Shown here piece by piece: positions 8,176-17,032 of a stretch of DNA of 64,000 nt (positions are counted from its first letter, which is position 1; every line of letters starts with the position of its first letter). Made by a program: the position numbers and the translations under genes. The notes under the pieces were generated by a model. It was not told where the DNA came from. It ran no database searches and saw only the letters and a list, made by a program, of their open reading frames with translations. The DNA lies in sequence record PQ015379.1. The stretch is one strand, 5' to 3'.

Positions 8176-8668
8176 ATTTCCGTTTATTCCACGTTATCCC
8201 CAAGGCTTTTTCGTCTGGTTCGAAATCGACGAAGACCTGAATTACCAGCCGATGCCCGTGAAGCGCATTCCGTTTCCGCGCAAGTCGATTGGCTACCACG
8301 TGCATTTCGTGGTTCATCCGAAAAAACCAAATTTGCCTATGGTCGATACGCACCACGCAATTTTGGTTGTGGGGCTGGCAGCAGCTATCCACAATGATGC
8401 GCTGATGGTGCGCAAGGCCGCGTGGCGAATGCTGCGTCGTGTTAGTGACGTGCGCGGCGAGGCCATCGACCCGGAAGACGGCGTGTCGAAAGTTTTTGCC
8501 AGCGGGTTCGAAATCATGGACCTCATTCTGTATCACCGTGATCCGCTGAAATTTGTCAAACTCATTGTTCTCGAAACGAGGCTGAAACAATATGAAACCG
8601 CCAAGCAACCTGAGCCAGAAAAACCCAAGCGGAAACGCTCTCGATCTGCCAAACGCGCTCGGAAGTGA
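8129..8668 (+). CDS. hypothetical protein with basic C-terminus (start uncertain)
   Basis: coding-like part of ORF 7970..8668. Confidence 0.6.
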   Translation: MNAPETLTPVPKSTIEFPFIPRYPQGFFVWFEIDEDLNYQPMPVKRIPFPRKSIGYHVHFVVHPKKPNLPMVDTHHAILVVGLAAAIHNDALMVRKAAWRMLRRVSDVRGEAIDPEDGVSKVFASGFEIMDLILYHRDPLKFVKLIVLETRLKQYETAKQPEPEKPKRKRSRSAKRARK

Positions 8669-9038
8669 TCCGATTTTCTGCGAGTTCCTGAACAACGGCT
8701 ACGAGTGGATTCGCCTGTACCCGGAAGACCTGTACGCCCTGAAGGATGGCGATTATCCGTTCCAGTTGCGTAAACGCTTCTACAAAACGGTAACGCCGGA
8801 TTATCACGAACGCGCCTACATCGTTTACGTTCGTGTGTCGAACCTGTACCGCATCGAAGGCTACCCGAAAGACGGTTCGATGCCGCGTTTCCTGTTCCGT
8901 GCGCAAGTCGAATTCCAGAACGTCGATCCCGGTATTCCTATCGGGGTGCTGCATAGCGAATGGCGTGTTATGTCGGTGGACGAAGCCGAGAAACCTGCCC
9001 ACTGGTTGTGGCAGCAACTGGGCGAGCCTGAGCAATGA
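8592..9038 (+). CDS. hypothetical protein
   Basis: 148-aa ORF, GAGG upstream. Confidence 0.65.
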   Translation: MKPPSNLSQKNPSGNALDLPNALGSDPIFCEFLNNGYEWIRLYPEDLYALKDGDYPFQLRKRFYKTVTPDYHERAYIVYVRVSNLYRIEGYPKDGSMPRFLFRAQVEFQNVDPGIPIGVLHSEWRVMSVDEAEKPAHWLWQQLGEPEQ

Positions 9039-9412
9039 GCAAATGGCGTAGCTTGGGGCCGCTGGAACGCGAAGAATATTTGAAATATTTGATGGCGGAA
9101 ATCCAGCGTCTGCAACTAAAGATTCTGCGCATTCGGCAGAACGGCTGGGCCATTCGCGTAGGCGACGAATTTTCTGCGGCACCGCGCAGCCCGTACATGC
9201 CGGACCCTACGGAACTTCTGCTGGACGGCACGGACCATGTGCTGGTGTTAGGCGATATCGAACTGCTGATGAATGAGCTATTCGACTTGCTGAAAACTGT
9301 AAACGATATAAGCGGGCAAACGCTGAACCACGTTCGGCGCCGCTTACTTTCGGAACTACAGGAAACACCGCATGAAAAAGAAGAATCTGGACCGGGGCCA
9401 AATCGCAGTTGA
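9035..9412 (+). CDS. hypothetical protein
   Basis: 125-aa ORF, ATGA overlap. Confidence 0.65.
   Translation: MSKWRSLGPLEREEYLKYLMAEIQRLQLKILRIRQNGWAIRVGDEFSAAPRSPYMPDPTELLLDGTDHVLVLGDIELLMNELFDLLKTVNDISGQTLNHVRRRLLSELQETPHEKEESGPGPNRS
9296..9304 (+). promoter_or_regulatory. ACTGTAAA(Y) motif copy
   Basis: ACTGTAAAC, ~70 nt upstream of HTH gene 9372. Confidence 0.35.
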
Positions 9413-9623
9413 CGATATCCGCGACCACGCGGTCGAGGCGATCAAGGCGAAGCTGAGCACGCTGGGTATGTCGGCCATTCAACTGCGTGACACTTACGGC
9501 ATTTCTGAAATTGATTTGCATGGCATTATCACTGGCCGTGGCCAAGTTCCGCTGGCGCGCATTCTGATGTTCGCCGCTAACCTCGGCTACGATCTTCAAC
9601 TGGTTGTGAGCGAGCCGACGTGA
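9372..9623 (+). CDS. XRE-family HTH transcriptional regulator
   Basis: LGMSAIQLRDTYGISEIDLHGIITGRGQVPLARILMFAANLGYDLQLVV fits the XRE pattern. Confidence 0.65.
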   Translation: MKKKNLDRGQIAVDDIRDHAVEAIKAKLSTLGMSAIQLRDTYGISEIDLHGIITGRGQVPLARILMFAANLGYDLQLVVSEPT

Positions 9624-9739
9624 TTCATTTGTTTGCCCTGTTTATGCTGTCTATGCACTGCCTGCCGCTCGCAGTAACGGTGTACTCGATTTGCAAAAAG
9701 AAACCACGCACGAACCATCGGCGGAAACGCCCGGTTTAA
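9620..9739 (+). CDS. possible 39-aa membrane peptide (below ORF-track cutoff)
   Basis: GTG overlapping upstream TGA; hydrophobic N-half, basic C-half. Confidence 0.3.
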   Translation: MIHLFALFMLSMHCLPLAVTVYSICKKKPRTNHRRKRPV

Positions 9740-9963
9740 CCTGTACGTGTGGCATCGTCGATTGTACGGTGCTGCGCTCCAAACAGCTTGCGGCCCAAGG
9801 ATACAGCCGAACGCACGTTGCAGAAATTTTGGGCATTGAACGCCGGAAGTTTTACCAACTGTGCAGCATGATGCCGGATGTTGAATGGTGGCCGCACACC
9901 ACGACCAAACGCGCTAGAGCCGGGCAAGCCAAACGGGCGGCCCGGATGCGTAAGGGACAATGA
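9691..9963 (+). CDS. HTH DNA-binding protein
   Basis: LAAQGYSRTHVAEILGIERRKFYQL. Confidence 0.6.
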   Translation: MQKETTHEPSAETPGLTCTCGIVDCTVLRSKQLAAQGYSRTHVAEILGIERRKFYQLCSMMPDVEWWPHTTTKRARAGQAKRAARMRKGQ

Positions 9964-10334
9964 AAACTATGGCACTGGAAAAAGCACACGAATTGCGGTT
10001 CCTGCACCGCATCTATCTGGAACTGCTGGCGCTGCGCGAGAAACGCCGGTTGGAATACGAAGCTGCGCTGGACGCAGCCGAAATTCCTTGGCCGTTCCAC
10101 ATGCCGATTCGCCCCGGCAAAACGCACGGGCCTTTCGTGCACGTGCAGCAGGCGATGACCAACATCATGCGCCAAGATGCTTCGATTCTGAATTATGAAC
10201 GGCTGATCAGCGAAATCAAAAATCCGCCAATCAGTGAATCGCGCATGACAGACGAAGAGCGGGTCAATCGTGTGATGGGCGCCGCTATCAGCCACAAGCT
10301 GGATATCGCGAAAATGGTGCAGGAGACGCAATGA
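9960..10334 (+). CDS. hypothetical protein
   Basis: 124-aa ORF, ATGA overlap. Confidence 0.7.
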   Translation: MKTMALEKAHELRFLHRIYLELLALREKRRLEYEAALDAAEIPWPFHMPIRPGKTHGPFVHVQQAMTNIMRQDASILNYERLISEIKNPPISESRMTDEERVNRVMGAAISHKLDIAKMVQETQ

Positions 10335-10861
10335 AATTTCTTGGCGTAGAATTTTCGATCAAACGTGTAGGCAAAGGGCAACCCAAGCTGGAGCATGAAA
10401 AGGAATCGGCCAAATACGCTGAACCGGAGGAAGACAAACCGAAGGTGCAGAAAATGATGGGGCAGCGTTTGCTCGGAAATAAATCGGGTGCCACCGAAGG
10501 CGTGAAGCAACGCAGTGCCGGTGGGTTCACCTTGAAAACTTTCCGCCGTACTTCGCCTATGGAACAAATCGTTTTTCCTGAACCGCCAGACCCGGACGAC
10601 GTGTGGCAACAGCAGGCTCTGCTGAACCTGTTGAACAAGGTGCAGACGATGTTTGATCGCGGCTGGATCAGCATTTGCGAAATCGACGCTATCGTCACCA
10701 AATTCAACATCCCACAAAACGGGGCTGCCAAGGCAGCACGTAGGAAACTGGCTGAACTGCACTGCGTCGATTCCGACAAAATGGTGCCCGGCCTTTGGGA
10801 ACAAATCCCCGGCCTGATGACCTGCGTGTTTACCGGTGGCGCCATCTACGAACAGGAGTAA
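10331..10861 (+). CDS. hypothetical phage protein
   Basis: 176-aa ORF, AGGAG SD. Confidence 0.7.
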   Translation: MKFLGVEFSIKRVGKGQPKLEHEKESAKYAEPEEDKPKVQKMMGQRLLGNKSGATEGVKQRSAGGFTLKTFRRTSPMEQIVFPEPPDPDDVWQQQALLNLLNKVQTMFDRGWISICEIDAIVTKFNIPQNGAAKAARRKLAELHCVDSDKMVPGLWEQIPGLMTCVFTGGAIYEQE

Positions 10862-10863
10862 CC

Positions 10864-11079
10864 ATGAACGACCGTGAATTAATGGAAGCGCTGCTGACTG
10901 GCAACAGCGGCAAAAAGCAGGCGGGCTTCGAACCCGATCCGCAATTCAAAGAGCCGTGTTTCCACCTGAGCCACCGCCCGCCGACCGGCATGGTAATTCC
11001 GCGTGGCCAGCGTTATCGCCACGTGTGCCCCGGCTGCGGCGAAGAAACCGTTATCCGTTCCATTAACGTGACCTGCTGA
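10864..11079 (+). CDS. small putative Zn-binding protein
   Basis: CFHLSH...HVCPGCG; AGGAG SD before ATG 10864. Confidence 0.65.
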   Translation: MNDRELMEALLTGNSGKKQAGFEPDPQFKEPCFHLSHRPPTGMVIPRGQRYRHVCPGCGEETVIRSINVTC

Positions 11080-11294
11080 TGAACGATGCACTCGAAGCTT
11101 TCAAGTTCGCGTGTCGTCAAATTCGCAAAGCAACCGGATGCAAAATCACGTTAGCGCAGGAAGAATTGGCGCGCACCCTGAACTACAAAAATTTCCATGA
11201 GGCGCGTACGCGTCTTCTGGATCAACGGGCCGAACAGGTCCGAACCGATATTGCTAAAGCACGTGCTTTGGTGGTAAAGCGGCTACAAGCCTAA
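11079..11294 (+). CDS. hypothetical protein
   Basis: 71-aa ORF, TGATG coupling. Confidence 0.6.
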   Translation: MNDALEAFKFACRQIRKATGCKITLAQEELARTLNYKNFHEARTRLLDQRAEQVRTDIAKARALVVKRLQA

Positions 11295-11310
11295 ACACAC
11301 TGAGAACCCT

Positions 11311-11820
11311 ATGAGCCATTACACCCAAATCGTCCAAGTAAAACGTAACTCCCACGGCGAAATTTCCATCGGTGGTCTGATTAGCACGACCAAGTTTGCG
11401 CACACCGATCCTTGCCTGACTTTGGTCGGCATGCAACGTGTGGAACAGGTGTTGGAACGTTTGGCATTTCGTCGTCCGGAACGTCGGCCCGATCACTGGT
11501 ATGGCTACACGCATTTGTTGGATGCGTCTCACATCAAAGCAGACGACGCACACCGTTATCGCCTGCTGCTGGAAATTCCCATTTATCAAGAACCGCCGTA
11601 CGTTGATCTGCTACCCTGCGGCGCATACGGTACGCACGACGGCCATTTCACGGTCTACATTCTGCACACGAACGCCCGCGTGCAGGTCAAGGAATCGGGC
11701 GAGGAATTCGACGGCGAGTTCTTCCTGAGTTGGTTGCAGGAAGAAAACGAAAACCTGCACCGGCAAGTTTTGCACGGGATCACAAAATACAAACTGGATT
11801 CGAATGATCCAGATATCTAA
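11311..11820 (+). CDS. hypothetical protein
   Basis: 169-aa ORF. Confidence 0.7.
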   Translation: MSHYTQIVQVKRNSHGEISIGGLISTTKFAHTDPCLTLVGMQRVEQVLERLAFRRPERRPDHWYGYTHLLDASHIKADDAHRYRLLLEIPIYQEPPYVDLLPCGAYGTHDGHFTVYILHTNARVQVKESGEEFDGEFFLSWLQEENENLHRQVLHGITKYKLDSNDPDI

Positions 11821-12049
11821 TTGTCGGTCGTGCCGTCGCCAGCTGTTGGCCAGCCCTGAGTTGGCGGCGCTCTTCTGTCAAGTCGAAATTTCTGTGCGCT
11901 GCCGTTGGTGTGGCGCACGTACCATGATCCCGAGGAAAACTGATGAACCGCGACCAACTGATGTGCCCGTATTGCAACCAGAAATTGCTGAACTATACAG
12001 TCCCGGCTTTTATCAGCGCGTGCTGCTCGAAGCTCGTTGCGGCCAGTGA
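11804..12049 (+). CDS. Mu Com-like zinc-ribbon protein
   Basis: NCRSCRRQLL...VEISVRCRWCG matches the Com pattern CxxCxxLL...EIxCxxC. Confidence 0.5.
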   Translation: MIQISNCRSCRRQLLASPELAALFCQVEISVRCRWCGARTMIPRKTDEPRPTDVPVLQPEIAELYSPGFYQRVLLEARCGQ

Positions 12050-12410
12050 ACAACAAACGGTGGACGTGCGCGTTTTTATCCCGGCGCCTGACTACGCGAA
12101 GACCTTGCCGATTCAGGGCGACATTTCACCTATCAAAGGCGTGACTATTCGCGATGCAAACCGTGGCCGCGAATCGCGATGGACCATGATCTATTGGGAC
12201 TCTGAATGGTACGTTCGGCTCATTGGCGGTTTCGATCTGGAAAAAGCCGGGTTGTCGCACGGCCTGTCGTTCGGGCAGAAGTTCAGCACGCCGAAAGAAG
12301 CGGCGGAACATGCCGATAGAATCGACCGCGTTATGGATCTGATCGTGGCCCGTGTGGTTGAGGAAACTGCCGAGTTTGTAGGGAAAGAAATCGTGGAGCA
12401 ACTGTCGTGA
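11943..12410 (+). CDS. hypothetical protein with N-terminal Cys cluster
   Basis: GAGG SD; CPYCNQKLL...CC. Confidence 0.65.
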   Translation: MNRDQLMCPYCNQKLLNYTVPAFISACCSKLVAASEQQTVDVRVFIPAPDYAKTLPIQGDISPIKGVTIRDANRGRESRWTMIYWDSEWYVRLIGGFDLEKAGLSHGLSFGQKFSTPKEAAEHADRIDRVMDLIVARVVEETAEFVGKEIVEQLS

Positions 12411-12709
12411 AAAATTCGAACAAGTGGGCGTTTGCTGGTATGGTGGCAGGCTTGGCGATGGCGGCCACCGGTATTTTCACAATGACCCTTGCGTCGAAAA
12501 CGCAGGCGTCGGCCAGCCATGCAGAAAATCCTATCCGCGTCGAAACCTTCGGTGCCCGTGGCATGGGCAGTGTTACGCGGGTGTACGATACCGAAACCGG
12601 TTTCGTCTGTTATTTCCAAGGCGATTGGGCGCGTGAAAACGTCCCCATGGGCAGCTGCAAAGAAGTCAAACGCTCCCAAGCCATCAACGAACGTTACGGG
12701 GTTGAATGA
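12407..12709 (+). CDS. exported/membrane-anchored protein, paralog A
   Basis: N-terminal hydrophobic helix; RVYDTETGFVCY. Confidence 0.7.
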   Translation: MKNSNKWAFAGMVAGLAMAATGIFTMTLASKTQASASHAENPIRVETFGARGMGSVTRVYDTETGFVCYFQGDWARENVPMGSCKEVKRSQAINERYGVE

Positions 12710-13029
12710 TGTTCCTCGAAAAACACTGGCTGACCCTTCTGCTGTTGGCCGTATTGATTTGCATGGCCGCCAACGCCCGCGCTGAAATCGTGTCCAACCA
12801 ATACATCGAACGTACGCAGTACATGTATGACCGGGCGCAAAATGGCCCCGGTGTTCCTGATGTGCAGCGCATATACGATTCAGAAACGGGCGTCGTATGT
12901 TACAAATTCTCGGACTCGACGGGCAATTACAGTTGCGTGCCGTGCTGTAGCAAAGCCCTGCGCGAAAAGTACAACGTTTACCACGCGGAAGCCATGGAGC
13001 GCCGTGCAAAAGAGGCTGGTTTGAAATGA
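12706..13029 (+). CDS. exported protein, paralog B
   Basis: signal peptide ending ANARA; RIYDSETGVVCY. Confidence 0.7.
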   Translation: MMFLEKHWLTLLLLAVLICMAANARAEIVSNQYIERTQYMYDRAQNGPGVPDVQRIYDSETGVVCYKFSDSTGNYSCVPCCSKALREKYNVYHAEAMERRAKEAGLK

Positions 13030-13664
13030 GTGAATCTTTCGGCGGGCTGCTGCCCATTCGCCCAGTTCCCCACATCGTGACTTTCCGTTTCGTATCGCCG
13101 GACATGGAAGCGCGTTTCAAATTCCAACCGAACGGCAAAGCACGCCGTGGCCGAGAACAGGCCGAACATGACATGCGCGATTTCTGGCGCAACGAAGTGC
13201 TGACCCCGGCCATGCGTTTCTGCTGGCGCGCCCAGCAACCGGAATACCAAATCGAAGGCAATTTGCCTGATGCTTTCTGGAAATCTTCGCAGCGCATGTG
13301 CCAATCCGCGATCCGCGAATGCTGGGCGTATTTCGATGGTGGCTGGGTCACAATTCAGATGGGGATTTTTGCACACCCTATCGAACTGATGGCCCGCAAG
13401 GAAATGCAGCAACTCACGGGCGCCATCGAAGGCGCGCTGGGCACCGAACTGCGCCAAATCGAACAGGAAAATCTTTCCTATCGTGGCGTAGAGGGCCTGA
13501 CGCCAGACAAATACGAAATCTGGCGTGAACGTGTGTACCGCGATATCGAACGCGGGTTCCTCGACGATTTCTTTGCCAAGGGCACGCTTAGCGTTGTGCC
13601 GCGCACCGAGGCCCACATTTTGGGCCGTCCTACTGGACCAGATTTTTCGGACGATGACGAATGA
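13026..13664 (+). CDS. hypothetical protein
   Basis: 212-aa ORF, ATGA overlap. Confidence 0.75.
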   Translation: MSESFGGLLPIRPVPHIVTFRFVSPDMEARFKFQPNGKARRGREQAEHDMRDFWRNEVLTPAMRFCWRAQQPEYQIEGNLPDAFWKSSQRMCQSAIRECWAYFDGGWVTIQMGIFAHPIELMARKEMQQLTGAIEGALGTELRQIEQENLSYRGVEGLTPDKYEIWRERVYRDIERGFLDDFFAKGTLSVVPRTEAHILGRPTGPDFSDDDE

Positions 13665-14191
13665 AAAACACGTTGTTTTTTGTGAAGAGCGCGGCTGATG
13701 CGGTCGAGACTGCGCGGGCCTACCTGAAAGTGCAGACCGGCGCCGAATTCGAAACGCTGGGTGACTGGCCGGAACATGCGGGCACCGGGCAAACCCCAAT
13801 GTGGATGCGCATCAGCAAAGAATCCGGAAACAAAGCGCGTCTGGATTTCTTCAGCGATAAGCAGGTGCACGATCAACTGGCGCAGGTGCAGCCTAACTAC
13901 GAATCGGGAATCAAATTCTTCAAAGGCAAAGGTAGTTTCGAACACATTCACGACAACGTGTTTGCTGTTCGTGATGCGTCGGGCCTGCGCTACGCTGCAA
14001 TCGCCTACGCCACCGCGTGCCACGACGACAGCCCGCATATCGAAATCGAAGGGCCACACCCGGAAAAATACCCGAGCATTGTTTCGTTCCGTTCGCCGGG
14101 TCATGGTCACGTGATCATCACGTCGTCGTCGCGCCGCAAGCAAATGAAACGTGCGGTCAAAGCACTGAAGCAATGGGAAGAACGCCTGTGA
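13661..14191 (+). CDS. hypothetical protein, paralog of 14188..14751
   Basis: GPHPEKYPSIVSFRSPG motif. Confidence 0.75.
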   Translation: MKNTLFFVKSAADAVETARAYLKVQTGAEFETLGDWPEHAGTGQTPMWMRISKESGNKARLDFFSDKQVHDQLAQVQPNYESGIKFFKGKGSFEHIHDNVFAVRDASGLRYAAIAYATACHDDSPHIEIEGPHPEKYPSIVSFRSPGHGHVIITSSSRRKQMKRAVKALKQWEERL

Positions 14192-14751
14192 AAAATTTGG
14201 AAGCGATGTTCACCCGCAACATGTTGAAAAAGATTTTCAGTGCCAACATTGAAGCGCACCTGATCACCAACGCCAAGGTGCACGCTGGCCTGAAAGGTAT
14301 CTGGCAGGGCAAAGTTACGGATCACGTCGATATGCCGGGCGAAGGTCAAGTACCATATTACTTCGTGGCTGATAAAGTTAGCGAAACACAAGTCGATATC
14401 AGCCTGTACACGCAGGATCAGGTGATCGAAGCACTGAAGGCATATTCGCCTGTAGGTCGCACCAGCGTAGTATTCGAAAAGCCCGCTGATTTTCGTTTTC
14501 TGTCGCCGGGTCGTTATGCGGTTTATTCCGAAATCGGCCTGTACAATGCGGGCAAACATTTCGCAGGCAGTGTCGTTAACCTCGGTGTTGAATTCGTGTC
14601 GTACTCACGTGGCCCGGCCCCGGAACGTTACCCGGCGTTTGTTGAACTGCGGGTCGCTGGTGGGGATTCCGTGGTGGTCGAGCGTTCCATGCCCCTCGAC
14701 GAAATGGACCGCATTTTGAAGACGTTAAGTAGGCGGGAGGATTTGGATTGA
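14188..14751 (+). CDS. hypothetical protein, paralog of 13661..14191
   Basis: GTG 14188 overlapping upstream TGA; GPAPERYPAFVELRVAG motif. Confidence 0.7.
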   Translation: MKNLEAMFTRNMLKKIFSANIEAHLITNAKVHAGLKGIWQGKVTDHVDMPGEGQVPYYFVADKVSETQVDISLYTQDQVIEALKAYSPVGRTSVVFEKPADFRFLSPGRYAVYSEIGLYNAGKHFAGSVVNLGVEFVSYSRGPAPERYPAFVELRVAGGDSVVVERSMPLDEMDRILKTLSRREDLD

Positions 14752-15128
14752 ACCAAACCGCCAGCGTGATTTTGACCATGACTTGTGTGCTGTTCGTTAC
14801 GACCCTGTTGCGTGGTTTTCAATCACGTGCAGCTTCGAGCGGCCACAAGACCGCTGCCGGTATCGGCGGCACCCTCATGAGCGCCTGCGAAATTATCGTG
14901 ATGATCAATGTCGGGGCCGCCGTGGTTCACATGGAAAATCCGTACCAAGCACTATGGGCCAGTTTCGGGGCCGGTGCGGGTTGGATTACCGGCATGATTC
15001 TGTACGCCCGTTTGGTGCGGAAACGTCGCGAGAAATTGAAGGCCCTGAAGAAAACAAAACGTCACCAGCAAATCGAACGGATTAGTCGGGAAGCTATGCT
15101 GGAACTTATGGAAGAAAGGGGGATGTAA
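14748..15128 (+). CDS. UPF0316/DUF5698-like membrane protein
   Basis: GGGAGG SD with TTG start; 3 TM segments with the pattern LRGFQSR..SGHKTAAG...FGAGAGWITG. Confidence 0.55.
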   Translation: MNQTASVILTMTCVLFVTTLLRGFQSRAASSGHKTAAGIGGTLMSACEIIVMINVGAAVVHMENPYQALWASFGAGAGWITGMILYARLVRKRREKLKALKKTKRHQQIERISREAMLELMEERGM

Positions 15129-15865
15129 TGCAGTTGCAAAAGGCAGTGCCGAACATTATTCCTGTGTTCGATTTAGATGCGTGCATCACGGGGCGCGGTG
15201 TGGTGAGCCAACCGTATGTGTATGTGGCAGCCAAAGAAACACCGGTCGCCCGGTTCGCGGCCAAAACGCTTTTGGAAAAAGCGTTGCGGGAAGTGGACGA
15301 ACATGGGGCTTTCCCGCCACTCAATTGGCCGGGTTTTGAATGGCAGCGCGGGCCGACCATGGTGCAACGTGATCGCCTGTTCGAAAACGGTTATTCGTTG
15401 CTGCATTTGCGTCCCGGCTACGGGCCAGTCGTGCACTGGGGCACAGTCGGTGATAGTCGCGTTTTCCTGATGGATTTGGTTTGCATCGGAACTATTTTGA
15501 AAACGTGGATTCATTATTTCCGCCAAGAGGCGCAGCCGCGTTTCGCCTCGATCTGCATGCAGTACCCTGCCGACGCGGCGTACCACATTTGGCGCAATGA
15601 AATTCAGGATCTGTCGCGGCAAGTCTATATGGCGGCGAGAAGCGCCCGTATGCTGTACGGAAAAGATCCGCTGTTCATCCACGACGAAGACGGCGATTTT
15701 ACCATGATGGTGTGGCGCTCGCCGGGCCACGAATACAAACTGAAATTCGTCCATTCCAACTTCGATATCAAGATTCAGGTTGGCCCCGAATTGTGGTTTG
15801 CGTTCAACAACTGTTTCGGCCCCGACACGCTGTATCACCTCACAACTGATTTCACCGAGGTTTAA
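15128..15865 (+). CDS. hypothetical protein
   Basis: 245-aa ORF, TAATG coupling. Confidence 0.7.
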   Translation: MQLQKAVPNIIPVFDLDACITGRGVVSQPYVYVAAKETPVARFAAKTLLEKALREVDEHGAFPPLNWPGFEWQRGPTMVQRDRLFENGYSLLHLRPGYGPVVHWGTVGDSRVFLMDLVCIGTILKTWIHYFRQEAQPRFASICMQYPADAAYHIWRNEIQDLSRQVYMAARSARMLYGKDPLFIHDEDGDFTMMVWRSPGHEYKLKFVHSNFDIKIQVGPELWFAFNNCFGPDTLYHLTTDFTEV

Positions 15866-16102
15866 ATGCCACGTGATTTTGAATCCCCGTCCGAAGTGCG
15901 CGGGGCCGCCAAGCGTTGGAAATTCCGTGCCCAGCGTGAAGATGAATCCGACGTTGAATTCCGCGCAGCGTTGGCGGACCACGTGAAAGGCAAAGATTTG
16001 ATCGAGTCCATGGAAATCCGCACCGGCAAAGGCTGGGATCGCTGGGACGCCACCGAAAAACAAATGATGCTGATGGATGCTCTGACTTTCCGTCGCGAAT
16101 AA
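15866..16102 (+). CDS. hypothetical protein
   Basis: 78-aa ORF, GAGG SD. Confidence 0.7.
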   Translation: MPRDFESPSEVRGAAKRWKFRAQREDESDVEFRAALADHVKGKDLIESMEIRTGKGWDRWDATEKQMMLMDALTFRRE

Positions 16103-16121
16103 ATTCCTTGGAGAAACTGCT

Positions 16122-16592
16122 ATGACCAACAACGTCACCAAATCTGCCGACCTGCAATATACCCGCACCGCTACCGGCGCCGTGTGCCTTTCCTACGACC
16201 AGAAAAAAGTGCTGCTGGTCACGTCGTTGAAATTCCCCGGCCTGTGGGTTTTGCCGAAAGGTGGGCTTGAGGAAGGTCTGACCGCCGAAGAAAACGCCCG
16301 CAAGGAATTCCGTGAAGAGGCAGGCGTCGAAGTATTCCTGCATGAAAAGATTTACGACGAAGTTCTGTCGTACCCGCAAACCGAAACCCACAACGCCAAG
16401 ATTCAGCGCGAGATTTATTTCCGTGCTGAGTTCGGTTCGTACACCGATTGGGAAGAGTTCGAAAAGCGCAAACGCCAGTGGTTCGACATTGACGCCGGTT
16501 TGGCCGACCTCATGAGCGAACAGCAATACGAAGTCGTCAAGCTGGCGCTGATCGCGGCTAAGGTAGCCGACCTGACCGAACTGGGGGCCTAA
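16122..16592 (+). CDS. Nudix hydrolase (Ap6A/DIPP-like subfamily)
   Basis: Nudix box GGLEEGLTAEENARKEFREEAGV; WVLPKG; WEE..RKRQW. Confidence 0.9.
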   Translation: MTNNVTKSADLQYTRTATGAVCLSYDQKKVLLVTSLKFPGLWVLPKGGLEEGLTAEENARKEFREEAGVEVFLHEKIYDEVLSYPQTETHNAKIQREIYFRAEFGSYTDWEEFEKRKRQWFDIDAGLADLMSEQQYEVVKLALIAAKVADLTELGA

Positions 16593-16601
16593 CGCTTCCT
16601 A

Positions 16602-16619
16602 TACGCGTGCGCACGCGTA
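16602..16619. repeat. perfect 18-bp palindrome TACGCGTGCGCACGCGTA
   Basis: read directly from the sequence; intergenic. Confidence 0.9.
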
Positions 16620-16665
16620 GGGGCACACCTACGGCCCCCGTAACCCCTTGATCCGCTGGGAGTAG

Positions 16666-16694
16666 TTGACAACGGGCCTACCGTCTGTCAGATT
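16666..16694 (+). promoter_or_regulatory. candidate sigma70 promoter
   Basis: perfect TTGACA (16666-71), 17-bp spacer, TG-n-CAGATT extended -10-like element. Confidence 0.45.
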
Positions 16695-16751
16695 GGTGGC
16701 TGGGCAAATCCTGCCCGTGCTATCGACCCTCACGGATTAAGGGAAGTTTCG

Positions 16752-17012
16752 ATGGGTACAATGAAAGTTGGAATGCCAGCGTTCCTTATGCGCCCCCATT
16801 CATTGGCGGTTGCGGCACTGGTTCTGCTGTTCGGTTTGGCAATCGTCGTTCCCGGCGTTTGGTCACACCGCGTTATAGGTTCGGTCGGGGTTGCCGTGTG
16901 CTGCATTGCGATTTGCTTTGTAGGACGTGACACACTTCCAACCGTAACCAAAATCGAACGCGCCAACATGGTGATGTTCAGTCTGTTGTTCGTTTTGCTG
17001 ATCTGCAATTAA
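16752..17012 (+). CDS. small membrane protein (3 TM)
   Basis: highly hydrophobic 86 aa; start 16752 or 16761. Confidence 0.6.
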   Translation: MGTMKVGMPAFLMRPHSLAVAALVLLFGLAIVVPGVWSHRVIGSVGVAVCCIAICFVGRDTLPTVTKIERANMVMFSLLFVLLICN

Positions 17013-17032
17013 GCCCCTACGAGGATTCATCA

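Noticed and set aside
15440-15470. GTVGDSRVFL resembling the PP2C/PPM phosphatase motif
   Set aside because: The other PPM Asp motifs (RxxxED, DGxxG, DGL, DN) are not evident in 15128..15865.
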